Shown here in pieces: positions 17,642 through 25,883 of a stretch of DNA of 38,401 nucleotides (positions are counted from its first letter, which is position 1; each line of letters starts with the position of its first letter). The stretch is from Nitratireductor sp. GTDB taxonomy: Bacteria; Pseudomonadota; Alphaproteobacteria; Rhizobiales; Rhizobiaceae. Made by a program: the position numbers and the translations under genes. The notes below the pieces were generated by a model that did no database searches, had not been told where the DNA came from, and saw only the letters and a list, made by a program, of their open reading frames with translations. The DNA is taken from NCBI GenBank assembly GCA_020441735.1, contig JAGRLQ010000239.1, forward strand, positions 1-38,401. Reading direction: 5' to 3'.

Positions 17642-18369
17642 TCTGCGTCACTCTCGCCTTCTTCTTCGTCCTGTTCTGCCTGGATTTGCTCCAGACGCTC
17701 ATTGGCAAGCTCTGCCATGACCGACAGGGTGACCGCATCGTTCACGATCCCCATGACATCCTTGGTTTTGAGCATCGCCAGGAAGAACTTCTCGTACTCG
17801 GCAAACAGGTGGAGCCAGACCTTGCGGTTCTTGCTGCCCTGCATGATGCGGTCGAGGTTCTGTTGAAATTCCTCCTGATCTTCCGGCAGGAAGGCGATGA
17901 GGATTTCTTCATAAATCGGCGGTCCCAGGCGCAACTTCTCGAAGTCGGGATCGTCAAGCAGGCCCAGATCGGTATCGGTCAGGCCGGAATACTGCTGTTC
18001 GAGCACATCGAGGCTATCGTAGAGCTCGCGCAGGATGTTGGGATCATCCTTGCCGACGATGGCATTCTGGGACAGCTGGATTGCCAGCGCCCGTGCATCG
18101 CTGATCTCCGAAATGATGTCGATGGCCGTGATCTCGGGAAGGCCGGCCGCGATGGAAGCCTTGACCCGGTGATTGCCGGACAGGACCAGCTGCTCGTTCT
18201 CTGTCTCCTTGATGAGAACGGTGCCGAGAAGGGTTCCGTCCCGCTGGATGTTCTCTACCAGCTGGCGGAACTCTCGCTCTGGCATGGAGCGGGCGTTCTT
18301 CTCCAGCAGCTTGAGCTTGCGCGGGTCGACCTGGACCAGTCGGGTTTCGAGTGGTGCGTCAGCGGGCAT
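17638..18369 (-). CDS. ParB/Srx-like N-terminal domain protein
   Basis: LLEKNAR.M...F..LVENI..DG and VLSGNHRV motifs; between the modification gene and terS. Confidence 0.85.
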   Translation of the reverse strand: MPADAPLETRLVQVDPRKLKLLEKNARSMPEREFRQLVENIQRDGTLLGTVLIKETENEQLVLSGNHRVKASIAAGLPEITAIDIISEISDARALAIQLSQNAIVGKDDPNILRELYDSLDVLEQQYSGLTDTDLGLLDDPDFEKLRLGPPIYEEILIAFLPEDQEEFQQNLDRIMQGSKNRKVWLHLFAEYEKFFLAMLKTKDVMGIVNDAVTLSVMAELANERLEQIQAEQDEEEGESDAE

Positions 18370-19768
18370 AGCTGGTAGTCACCTGTCGGTTGCGGTCATC
18401 CTTGAAATACCGCTTGAACCATTCCGCATAGACTTCCTGCGGTGATTGCTCGCGGGGATGCCCCTCGTAATTGATGATGAACCGGGCGCCGGAACGCTCG
18501 TTGGCGTCTGCCTCCTGCTTTTTGAGGATCTTGTAGATGCCCCGGTATTTCATCGAGACCGGGTGGTTCGAGCGAACCGTGGTAACCACCGCCTTGATGG
18601 GGCGGCGATGCAGCAGGCGATGGCTGGCTTCCCGCAATACATCGCTCTGGCAGGCCAGCATGGCGATCAGTTTGGAAACCCTGCCGAACCTGGTCGTGCA
18701 GGTGTCCGACAACAGGTAGACGTACTCGGTTGTCTTGTGGCTGCCGATATTATGCTTCGGCATGGAAAAGGTCAGGATGCCGGCGAGCATGTCATCGAGA
18801 TAGATGAGGAAGTTCAGCGGGCCGGAAGTCCACGGGATGTTCTCTTGCAGGTACAGGCCCTTGATGTAATCGGCATAGCCCGCCTTGCAGCGGACGATCT
18901 CAACCTTGGTGTCGGCATCGATGTCCTCGATATCAACCGGCTTGAAGCGGAATGGCGTACCGGTCCCACTGGAATTGTGGTCGACAACCGAACCCGTGCG
19001 CTGGCTGTTGGAGTAGACGAAGAACTTCGGCTTCATCCCGACACGATGATAGCAGGCGAGTTTTCCGTCCTCGATCTTGTTTTTGTAGACCATGACGTAG
19101 GGAGCGCCCGATTCCTCGATCTCCTGCATGAGCTCGGGAAAGCGATCCGGGTTCCACAGATCGTAGGACGGTTCGTTCCAGGCGATGTTCTCGTTGATGA
19201 ACTTGAACCACTTCTCGTACCAGCCCGAGATGAAGGGCGCGGAGACGATAACACCGCCGCCTTCCTGGATACCCTTGCGCAGATGAGCGCGGAAGTCGCC
19301 GGGGAAGTAGCTGGCGAGGTTCAGTTCATGAACCAGCGCCCGAATTTGCTCGGTTCCCTTTTTCACATAGTCGGGAAACCGGTTTTCGTAATAGAGCCAG
19401 TGCCGCTTGGCATGCTCGGACTTGCCGCCGTAGACCCGGCCCAGATACAGCGCCAGGATCAAGGCGCCAGCCCGTTCCATCTCGCTTGCACCGTCCAGCA
19501 TCGGTTCCCAATGGGCCAGCCGCTCGCGAAACTCGAACCGCTCGGGCTTTCCCATGGCGATGCCCGACAGAACTCCCGACAGCAGGGATACGTCATTGCC
19601 GTGCATTGGCAGCTTCGGATATCGCTTGCCGATGGCGCGTTCGAAGGTAAAGGTGCCGGAACAGCCAACATAGCAGGATTTCCAGGACGAGAAGTCGACA
19701 GCCTTGATGATCTGCATCATGCAGATCGGCGGGATCGATCCGTTGAAAATCTCGTTGCTCTGAAACAC
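18359..19768 (-). CDS. Putative DNA-modification enzyme: adenine-MTase-like domain fused to a Mom/GNAT-like domain
   Basis: YVGCSGTFTFER...GNDV (SAM motif I-like), SAPF in place of DPPY, C-terminal YLLSD...SKLI...PVSMKYRG; likely GTG start 19768. Confidence 0.65.
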   Translation of the reverse strand: MFQSNEIFNGSIPPICMMQIIKAVDFSSWKSCYVGCSGTFTFERAIGKRYPKLPMHGNDVSLLSGVLSGIAMGKPERFEFRERLAHWEPMLDGASEMERAGALILALYLGRVYGGKSEHAKRHWLYYENRFPDYVKKGTEQIRALVHELNLASYFPGDFRAHLRKGIQEGGGVIVSAPFISGWYEKWFKFINENIAWNEPSYDLWNPDRFPELMQEIEESGAPYVMVYKNKIEDGKLACYHRVGMKPKFFVYSNSQRTGSVVDHNSSGTGTPFRFKPVDIEDIDADTKVEIVRCKAGYADYIKGLYLQENIPWTSGPLNFLIYLDDMLAGILTFSMPKHNIGSHKTTEYVYLLSDTCTTRFGRVSKLIAMLACQSDVLREASHRLLHRRPIKAVVTTVRSNHPVSMKYRGIYKILKKQEADANERSGARFIINYEGHPREQSPQEVYAEWFKRYFKDDRNRQVTTSYAR

Positions 19769-19885
19769 CGAACCTTGCCTTTTCGATGAGACCCTGCATG
19801 CCGGATGCAACGGCGCGATGTGGCAACGAGGTCGAATGAAACCGGCTTGCAGGGTGCCACGGAAACTGCTGACCCCCCTCGAAAT

Positions 19886-19945
19886 CGTCAAGTAAAAAAT
19901 TACAGACTGCGCAAATTAAGCCAAACTGTCATTTAAAACTTGACA
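19886..19945. promoter_or_regulatory. Divergent promoter pair, each -35 embedded in a 19-bp operator
   Basis: CGTCAAGTAAAAAATTACA (19886-19904, TTGACG on minus) and TGTCATTTAAAACTTGACA (19927-19945, TTGACA on plus). Confidence 0.7.
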
Positions 19946-20007
19946 GCCAGACACTAATTGCTAGTTCTGATTGTGCGACATGCAAATCACCTACCAAGGA
20001 GACAGAA

Positions 20008-20355
20008 ATGGAAGCCACGAATCAGGTCAAACCCTCTCGTTTGATCAGCAGAGTTGGGGGTACCGAGCACCGGATTATCCGAAAACTGGTCGATACCATC
20101 CTCAATGAAGGCCTCAAGATCGCGGTCTGGGACGAGGAAATGTTCCAGGAATGCGGGCCATCGAGCCAGCGGACGCGGATACTCGGCGCCATCGCCCATA
20201 CGGGAGAAAGCTACCTCTACCTCTGGCAGAACAACACCCGGCTTGGAATGTTCCAGCTGATCCACGGCAATGACGAGGATGTCATCTCCGATCTCTCCGA
20301 CAACCCGCTGTGCAATCGCATCTGGCAGGAAGTCAACGACGCGCTGGGGATGTGA
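20008..20355 (+). CDS. Hypothetical protein
   Basis: AAGGAG RBS; first gene after the promoter. Confidence 0.8.
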   Translation: MEATNQVKPSRLISRVGGTEHRIIRKLVDTILNEGLKIAVWDEEMFQECGPSSQRTRILGAIAHTGESYLYLWQNNTRLGMFQLIHGNDEDVISDLSDNPLCNRIWQEVNDALGM

Positions 20356-20356
20356 C

Positions 20357-20716
20357 ATGGGGCTGGATATCTTCATCGAGGGGCGCCGCACAATCTGGCG
20401 CGACCAACCAACCTATGATGACGGCACTCTCTGCGCAACGCATTACGATATTGCACGGCTGCACAACCACTATGACTTGCACGAGTGGATCGCGGTCGAG
20501 GTCATCGAGGGCGGATGCAATTCCGAGGCCATGTACCCGCTGGCAGAACAAGACCTGCGGCGCATCATCGACCAGATCAAGTCCAACTATTTTGGGGAGC
20601 CAAGCGAGGGAGAACGAACCCTTGATCCCAGACCTTTTCAATTCGCGCTCAACTGGCTGAACAAACCTTCCCCGGAAGGGATAAGCCGGTCGATCTACTA
20701 CTGCGCCAGCTTTTGA
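20357..20716 (+). CDS. Conserved phage hypothetical protein (MGLD...YY..SF type)
   Basis: Start reassigned to ATG 20357; characteristic termini. Confidence 0.75.
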   Translation: MGLDIFIEGRRTIWRDQPTYDDGTLCATHYDIARLHNHYDLHEWIAVEVIEGGCNSEAMYPLAEQDLRRIIDQIKSNYFGEPSEGERTLDPRPFQFALNWLNKPSPEGISRSIYYCASF

Positions 20717-20723
20717 GGTCACC

Positions 20724-20954
20724 ATGGACAAGATGGCTTTTCACAATGCCTGCCGGATCCTGCTCAATATCGATCTCGACGAGTTGGAACGTGCCGGCGT
20801 CATCCATCCCGGAAACAAAGACAGAGGCGGCTCGTCATGGAAGCGGTTCAATGACGAACCGCTGATCTTCATCCTCAAGCTACCGACAGAACGGTTCGAG
20901 AAACTGTGGCAGCTGATCGAGGAACGCCAGCCCGAGAAATGGAGGTCCAAATGA
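20724..20954 (+). CDS. Hypothetical protein
   Basis: GAGG RBS, 76 aa. Confidence 0.75.
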   Translation: MDKMAFHNACRILLNIDLDELERAGVIHPGNKDRGGSSWKRFNDEPLIFILKLPTERFEKLWQLIEERQPEKWRSK

Positions 20955-21226
20955 CCAAGGAACTCTCAACCCACGCCCATGTCGACATCGCCCAGGAGTT
21001 CATTGCCAAGCTGTGGTGCTACGTGGCGCTGCCGGATGGCACCCTCGGCATCGCTGTTGCCAACGAACGCGGCTACACGCCGGTCAGTCCGTTCTGGTTC
21101 AAGAGCGAAACCTACGACGAGGCCGACCGGGAAGCCGACCGCCTCAACCGCAAGCATCTCGATCTCGAACCCGACATCGCGCTGCGCATCATCACCACTA
21201 CCATGAGACTAGGAGAAGCGGCATGA
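20951..21226 (+). CDS. Hypothetical protein
   Basis: GGAGG RBS, ATGA overlap. Confidence 0.75.
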   Translation: MTKELSTHAHVDIAQEFIAKLWCYVALPDGTLGIAVANERGYTPVSPFWFKSETYDEADREADRLNRKHLDLEPDIALRIITTTMRLGEAA

Positions 21227-21963
21227 CGCCAGAACAAAATGCACATCACGAACAATCCATCTTGGATCATCTGAATGGCAACTCTGCTGACAAATGTTTT
21301 GGTCGGCTGGCAGCATCTACGGCATTCGAAGCGATGGAGAAATGGCTCCACTCCGAGCATTCTGGCGGGACCGAGATCGTTGACATCCTGTTTGCCTTCT
21401 CAAAACTCAACACGACCTTGATGGGTTCGATGATCGGCCAGATACCCTTCGGCAGCAAGGTAGCCATGCAGTCCTTCGTCGACACACTGGAAACGGCCAA
21501 CAGGAATATGCTGGAAACCCACATTGAATTTGTTCGCAAGCAGCATGGCATATCACCACTAAAGCAGGGAGCAAGGCCATTCTGCCGTGATCTCGAACGG
21601 ATCACTGCCGAGGTAAAACTGTCGCTCGATCACGTGACTTCGCGGTGCATCCTTGAAGCACCGATCCAACCCTTCGACACCGCCAGGCAGTTTCTTGAAA
21701 GCCTGGATGCGCTTTCCGACGCCGAGGACATGGTAACCATATGGCGGATCGACACGGTGATGGGACGAGCGGAGAACGTCACCGAGGAAGTGGCTGCCGC
21801 GGCTATCGAGATGGGTAATTTCACTCCCGAGGACGAGGACCAGTTGAACACCTACATCAAGGAATCGGCTGCATGGCAGGATTTCCTCCGGGAAACTGTC
21901 GAACATCGATCCGACCATGAGGAACACAGCACCCTCAACCGGGCGCAACAGGGAACCGCATGA
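21223..21963 (+). CDS. Hypothetical protein
   Basis: AGGAG RBS, ATGA overlap, start MTPEQ. Confidence 0.75.
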   Translation: MTPEQNAHHEQSILDHLNGNSADKCFGRLAASTAFEAMEKWLHSEHSGGTEIVDILFAFSKLNTTLMGSMIGQIPFGSKVAMQSFVDTLETANRNMLETHIEFVRKQHGISPLKQGARPFCRDLERITAEVKLSLDHVTSRCILEAPIQPFDTARQFLESLDALSDAEDMVTIWRIDTVMGRAENVTEEVAAAAIEMGNFTPEDEDQLNTYIKESAAWQDFLRETVEHRSDHEEHSTLNRAQQGTA

Positions 21964-22139
21964 AACCACCGTTGCGAAAGACGAAAGGGATTGGCCGACC
22001 ACCGGCCTATCCCGACCCTGCCGAAGATGACGACACGGGCGACATCTTCGACATCCGAACCTTCGACAAATTCATGAACCATGGAGGCGTATCCGATGCC
22101 GCTCGAAAACAACGATCTGAAATCGACGATCAGGAATAA
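21960..22139 (+). CDS. Possible 59-aa hypothetical protein (below the ORF-track cutoff)
   Basis: ATGA overlap; MKPPLRK...DDQE fills the gap. Confidence 0.4.
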   Translation: MKPPLRKTKGIGRPPAYPDPAEDDDTGDIFDIRTFDKFMNHGGVSDAARKQRSEIDDQE

Positions 22140-22665
22140 CATCAACCGGCTCGTTGCCGAGAAGCGGTTCACCAATGCGGTGCTGGCGCTCTCGATGACA
22201 CCGGGGGAAAGCCATATCGGCAGGATGCGCAGGGGCGAGCGGGATATCGGCCTCGATGCTCTGGAACAGTTTGCGAAGGTACTCGAGGTCAGCGTCAACG
22301 ATCTGGTCACGCCTTATGAGACCGAGCACCCGGTGCAACTGGTCTGCCGGGCCTGCGGCAGTACCGAACTCTGGTTTGATGCCAAGGCCAGATGGAATGC
22401 GGCCATCCAGGACTTCGAGCTCGCGGAAGTCATGCAGGGCGAATACTGCGAGGCCTGCGATGGTCAGTGCAGCATCGAACGCAAACCCATCGATCCGACC
22501 GAGAAGCGCTACCAGTGCCAGAATTGCGATGAAGTGATGCCGGCCGAGAAGCTGCAATCCATCGACGATATCGAACGCCGCCGTGCGCATTGGGGACCAG
22601 GCGACCAGGTGCCGGACGGCCAATGTCCGAACTGCGGCTCTCTGGCCTTCGAAATGGATGGATAA
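22096..22665 (+). CDS. XRE-type HTH fused to multiple CxxC zinc ribbons
   Basis: IGRMRRGERDIGLDALEQFAKVLEV plus four CxxC pairs; GGAGG RBS. Confidence 0.75.
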   Translation: MPLENNDLKSTIRNNINRLVAEKRFTNAVLALSMTPGESHIGRMRRGERDIGLDALEQFAKVLEVSVNDLVTPYETEHPVQLVCRACGSTELWFDAKARWNAAIQDFELAEVMQGEYCEACDGQCSIERKPIDPTEKRYQCQNCDEVMPAEKLQSIDDIERRRAHWGPGDQVPDGQCPNCGSLAFEMDG

Positions 22666-22679
22666 CTTTGTGACCTGAT

Positions 22680-22756
22680 TGTCACTTTTTACTTTACAAT
22701 AGGGCAATTATGCGCCAAGTTGTAAATGTAAAACATACACCTACCACGGAGTGAAA
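22680..22756 (+). promoter_or_regulatory. 77-bp promoter/operator/leader module, copy 1
   Basis: Near-identical to 29534-29610 with the same spacing: TGTCACTTTTTACTTTACA-N13-GCGCCAAGTTGTAA.TGTAAA-N5-CACCTACCACGGAG.GAAA. Confidence 0.85.
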
Positions 22757-22758
22757 TC

Positions 22759-23481
22759 ATGCAAGACAAGAAGAAGATCATGGAGAAGGTGAGAGCCCTT
22801 CTCGCCAAGACCACCGCCAACGGCTGCACCGAGGAAGAAGCGCTCGCTGCGATGTCCATGGCCCGCAAGCTGATGGACAAGTACGGAGTGACCCAGGCCG
22901 AACTGGAGGCGGAGGCAGAAACCTTCGGCACGACCAGCTTCGCCCACCGCAAATGGGGAACCTTCTCCGTCGAGGATCGGCTTGGTTATTGGGTCGCCAG
23001 ATATTGCGACGTGAAGGTCTGGCGAAACACCAATACAGGCGAATGGTCGGCCCATGGTGGCGAACTCGACCGGGAGTTTTTCCAGTGGTTGCTTACCAGC
23101 CTCTCCCGCTTTGCAGAACAACATGCCGAATGGTGGCTGACGGACCAGCGCCGCAACGGCAATGCGCACTACGGCTGGCAGGACCAGAAGTCCTTCGTCA
23201 TCGGCTGTGTTGACCGGATCAACGAGCGGTTGAAGGAAGAATGGCGGAAACGCCAGAGCAATCTCAAGACCACCGATGGCAAGGCACTGGTCGTTCTCAA
23301 GATGCAGCTGGTTGAGCAGAGCTTCCACCGTCAGGTCGGCCTCAAGCTCCGCAGTTCAACGCGACGGGAAAACATGCGGTCATCATCCGGTTTCCATGCC
23401 GGACGGGCGACGGGCGACAAAGCCAGTCTCAACCGCCCGGTCAATGGCGGCGGCGGCATGCGCTCCATCGGTTCCAGATAG
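22759..23481 (+). CDS. DUF2786-domain protein
   Basis: KVRALLAKT..NGCTEEEA..AM..ARKLM.KYG N-terminus. Confidence 0.85.
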   Translation: MQDKKKIMEKVRALLAKTTANGCTEEEALAAMSMARKLMDKYGVTQAELEAEAETFGTTSFAHRKWGTFSVEDRLGYWVARYCDVKVWRNTNTGEWSAHGGELDREFFQWLLTSLSRFAEQHAEWWLTDQRRNGNAHYGWQDQKSFVIGCVDRINERLKEEWRKRQSNLKTTDGKALVVLKMQLVEQSFHRQVGLKLRSSTRRENMRSSSGFHAGRATGDKASLNRPVNGGGGMRSIGSR

Positions 23482-23583
23482 CAGGACTGCCCTTCACCCA
23501 GAATCCTGCTTAGCCCTGCCGGTGTCTCCGTGGTGGTTGACCGGCAGGGCGACCCCTCACCACCACGGACAGGAAATCACACG

Positions 23584-23757
23584 ATGCGCAACCATAATCC
23601 CTTTCACGAACAGGACGAGAAGGCCCGCCGCTTTGAGCTCATTGCGGTGGCCGCTCTAACCATCGTTGCAATCGGCTCGATTGCTCTCGGCCTCTATCTC
23701 GATCGCCAGCAGGCAGCGAAAGACGCCGACACGACCTATCTGGAGCTTCGCCCATGA
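23584..23757 (+). CDS. Small single-TM protein
   Basis: AGGA RBS, one hydrophobic helix, ATGA overlap with the next gene. Confidence 0.65.
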   Translation: MRNHNPFHEQDEKARRFELIAVAALTIVAIGSIALGLYLDRQQAAKDADTTYLELRP

Positions 23758-24254
23758 ACGGCGAGCTCAAGACGTTTCAACCGGCCAAGCTGGAACCAAT
23801 GACCGAGGACGAGTTTCTGGCGAAGTTCTCCAGCATGCACCCCGCGATCTCGGAGGAACAGTGGCGGGCGCAGTACCGCCGCATGCAGGAGGAAATCATC
23901 TGGCTCAACGACGAGTATCAGGTGAACATCCGCCAGCGCTCCCTCCAGCTGGGGGATGATACCTATTGGGATCATCTCTCCATCAAGCGGGTGGACAGAG
24001 CGCCGGTCCATGACTGGCGCGATCTGCAAGCCATCAAGAACAAGCTCTACGGCCCGGAATACGAGGCCGTCGAACTCTATCCGGCCGAGAGCCGGCTCGG
24101 AGACACCGCGAACCAGTATCACCTGTGGGTGCTGGTCGATGAAAGCGGTGATCCTGTCCAGATACCGGTCGGCTGGTTCGGTGACCGTCTGGTCCTCTCA
24201 ACATCCAGCCATGGCGCGGTTCAGCGCCCACCTGCCAACGGAGAAACCTCATGA
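23754..24254 (+). CDS. Conserved phage protein (HLS...Q.IKN...AVE.YP...YHLW family), paralogue 1
   Basis: Motif shared with 28709-29155. Confidence 0.8.
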   Translation: MNGELKTFQPAKLEPMTEDEFLAKFSSMHPAISEEQWRAQYRRMQEEIIWLNDEYQVNIRQRSLQLGDDTYWDHLSIKRVDRAPVHDWRDLQAIKNKLYGPEYEAVELYPAESRLGDTANQYHLWVLVDESGDPVQIPVGWFGDRLVLSTSSHGAVQRPPANGETS

Positions 24255-24598
24255 CACCCCAAGAAATCGATGCCGTCATCGGCGGCAACGTGCGCAAGCA
24301 CCGCACCCTTCGCGGCATTACCCAGGAACAGCTGGCGGACGCATGCAACGTGTCCTTTCAGCAGATCCAGAAATACGAGAACGGCAAGAACCGGATGGGC
24401 GGCAGCCGCCTTGTCCAGATTGCCAACGCGCTCACCTGCACGATGGATGACCTGTTCGACGGCACCCCGACCGGATCGCCCAATCCGAGCAGCATCCCGG
24501 AGCTCTTGCAGATTCCGATTGCCGCTATCGAAAAGCTCGGCAGCACACGGGGCATGACGGTTCTCGCCATCCCGGACAAGTTCGCGGAGGGGCTGTAA
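24251..24598 (+). CDS. XRE-family HTH regulator
   Basis: TQEQLA...VSFQQIQKYENGKNR. Confidence 0.9.
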   Translation: MTPQEIDAVIGGNVRKHRTLRGITQEQLADACNVSFQQIQKYENGKNRMGGSRLVQIANALTCTMDDLFDGTPTGSPNPSSIPELLQIPIAAIEKLGSTRGMTVLAIPDKFAEGL

Positions 24599-24599
24599 G

Positions 24600-25070
24600 A
24601 TGAACGACACCCTGCTGATAAACCACATGGTGTTGATCGATCCATTCGAGAACAAGGTCGATTCGATCATCCTCGACAGGCCAGAGATTGACGGGAACCT
24701 GCTGCGGCACAACATCGGATGCAATACGCTGGCCCGGGTGCAGTTGAACAATTCGATCGACCTATGGGTTGATGATGAGGGCCTGTTCGCGCAGGACCAG
24801 CAGTTTTTCGCCATCGGCTCCTATCCAAACCCAATTGCAGGCAAGGGGCTCGTCACAGGGCTCTCTGGGCCGGACACGGTGTCTCTCCCTTCCACCATCA
24901 CGGCAACCGATATCGCGCGTTTCGTGCGGTTCATAGGCGACCAGTACGATCTCGAAAACTTCATCGAGATGGGCCACATTCAACGCCCGCATTCGGGAAT
25001 GATGGACCCCGACACCGGGGAGGTCAGTGTCTTTTGGCAGTGGACCGCGCAGCCAAGAGAGGATGCCTGA
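24600..25070 (+). CDS. DUF3846-like protein
   Basis: LWVDDEGL...PIAG motif. Confidence 0.65.
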   Translation: MNDTLLINHMVLIDPFENKVDSIILDRPEIDGNLLRHNIGCNTLARVQLNNSIDLWVDDEGLFAQDQQFFAIGSYPNPIAGKGLVTGLSGPDTVSLPSTITATDIARFVRFIGDQYDLENFIEMGHIQRPHSGMMDPDTGEVSVFWQWTAQPREDA

Positions 25071-25141
25071 AAAGAAACGGGCCGCTCTCGCGACCCGTTT
25101 TGCCATCACCTACCAAGTGAAGCGATCAGAAGATCGTGGCC
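25068..25141 (-). ncRNA. Predicted antisense sRNA carrying UUGGUAGGUGAU
   Basis: Promoter TTGACT-N17-TATTCA (25175-25147); GCCA/UGGC stem closing two hairpins; terminator ACGGGUCGC-GAGA-GCGGCCCGU-UUCUUUU; ends approximate. Confidence 0.7.
25070..25101. terminator. Probably bidirectional intrinsic terminator
   Basis: AAACGGGCCGC-TCTC-GCGACCCGTTT with T runs on both strands. Confidence 0.75.
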
Positions 25142-25207
25142 TCCTGTGAATAGGTTGGAGATACGGCAAAGTCAAGGCGATTTGCAATTGCCAGCGGCCA
25201 ATCCAAT

Positions 25208-25226
25208 TGTAAAGTTACAGTTTACA
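25208..25226. promoter_or_regulatory. 19-bp operator
   Basis: TGTAAAGTTACAGTTTACA upstream of the 25251 gene. Confidence 0.7.
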
Positions 25227-25250
25227 TTTCAAGATTAGACGAGGAAGTTC

Positions 25251-25850
25251 ATGGCTATTTACACATCATCCTGGTTCACTCCATTGCCACCGGAAGTGCA
25301 GCGGATCGGGATTTCTCGCGGCACTCCCAGAAATATGAAAGCAGGCTTCCGGGTATACCGGGAACTGGCACCGGGAAACTACTTCAAGTCGGCAACCATC
25401 TACAATTACCGGGATCAATACATGGCGGGATTGCTTGCCATGGACCCGATTGCTGTCCGGGATCGCATCCTCGGTCTCCAGGGAGACGCCGAACACTGCG
25501 CACTGCTCTGCTACGAACACCCGCAGAAAGAAGATGATTGGTGTCACCGCGGCTACGTGGCTGCCTGGCTGTTCGACAATCTCAAGGAAGTGGTTTGCGA
25601 GTGGGGCATGGAACAGGCCGGCCACGGCTGGCAGCATCCCAAAATCCCAAAGCAGTTTCGCACCTTTGAGGTCGCAGAGCCGATCAATGTCACGCCGTAT
25701 ATCGGCGCCACCGTCGAGCACAATGACGAAACCTGGACGGTTCTCGATCGCAGCGAAACCTATCCTGACCAGGCCATCATCTCGAACGGCAAGGATCAAC
25801 GATACATCTCCGAAGCCGTGCTCAAGAAGCGGTTCAATCCGGTCAGATGA
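25251..25850 (+). CDS. DUF488-like protein
   Basis: IYTS...ISRG.P...LAP...LLCYE...WCHR motifs. Confidence 0.75.
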   Translation: MAIYTSSWFTPLPPEVQRIGISRGTPRNMKAGFRVYRELAPGNYFKSATIYNYRDQYMAGLLAMDPIAVRDRILGLQGDAEHCALLCYEHPQKEDDWCHRGYVAAWLFDNLKEVVCEWGMEQAGHGWQHPKIPKQFRTFEVAEPINVTPYIGATVEHNDETWTVLDRSETYPDQAIISNGKDQRYISEAVLKKRFNPVR

Positions 25851-25883
25851 CAATCAACACCACCTACCAACAGGAGAGCAATC

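Noticed and set aside
18446-19789. Long plus-strand ORF (447 aa) and similar shadow ORFs such as 9038-9916, 7807-8616 and 12585-13421
   Set aside because: Antisense to well-supported genes in GC-rich DNA, with no recognisable motifs
19818-19870. Resemblance of GTGG...CCGGCTTGCAG..GCCAC to a SAM-II riboswitch
   Set aside because: Lacks the GAUUU and GCUAAA elements and is on the wrong strand for the MTase-like gene
19769-19891. TTG start at 19891 for the modification gene given by the ORF track
   Set aside because: The TTG is the -35 box inside an operator; GTG 19768 has an AAGG RBS and lies just before the FNGSIP N-terminal motif
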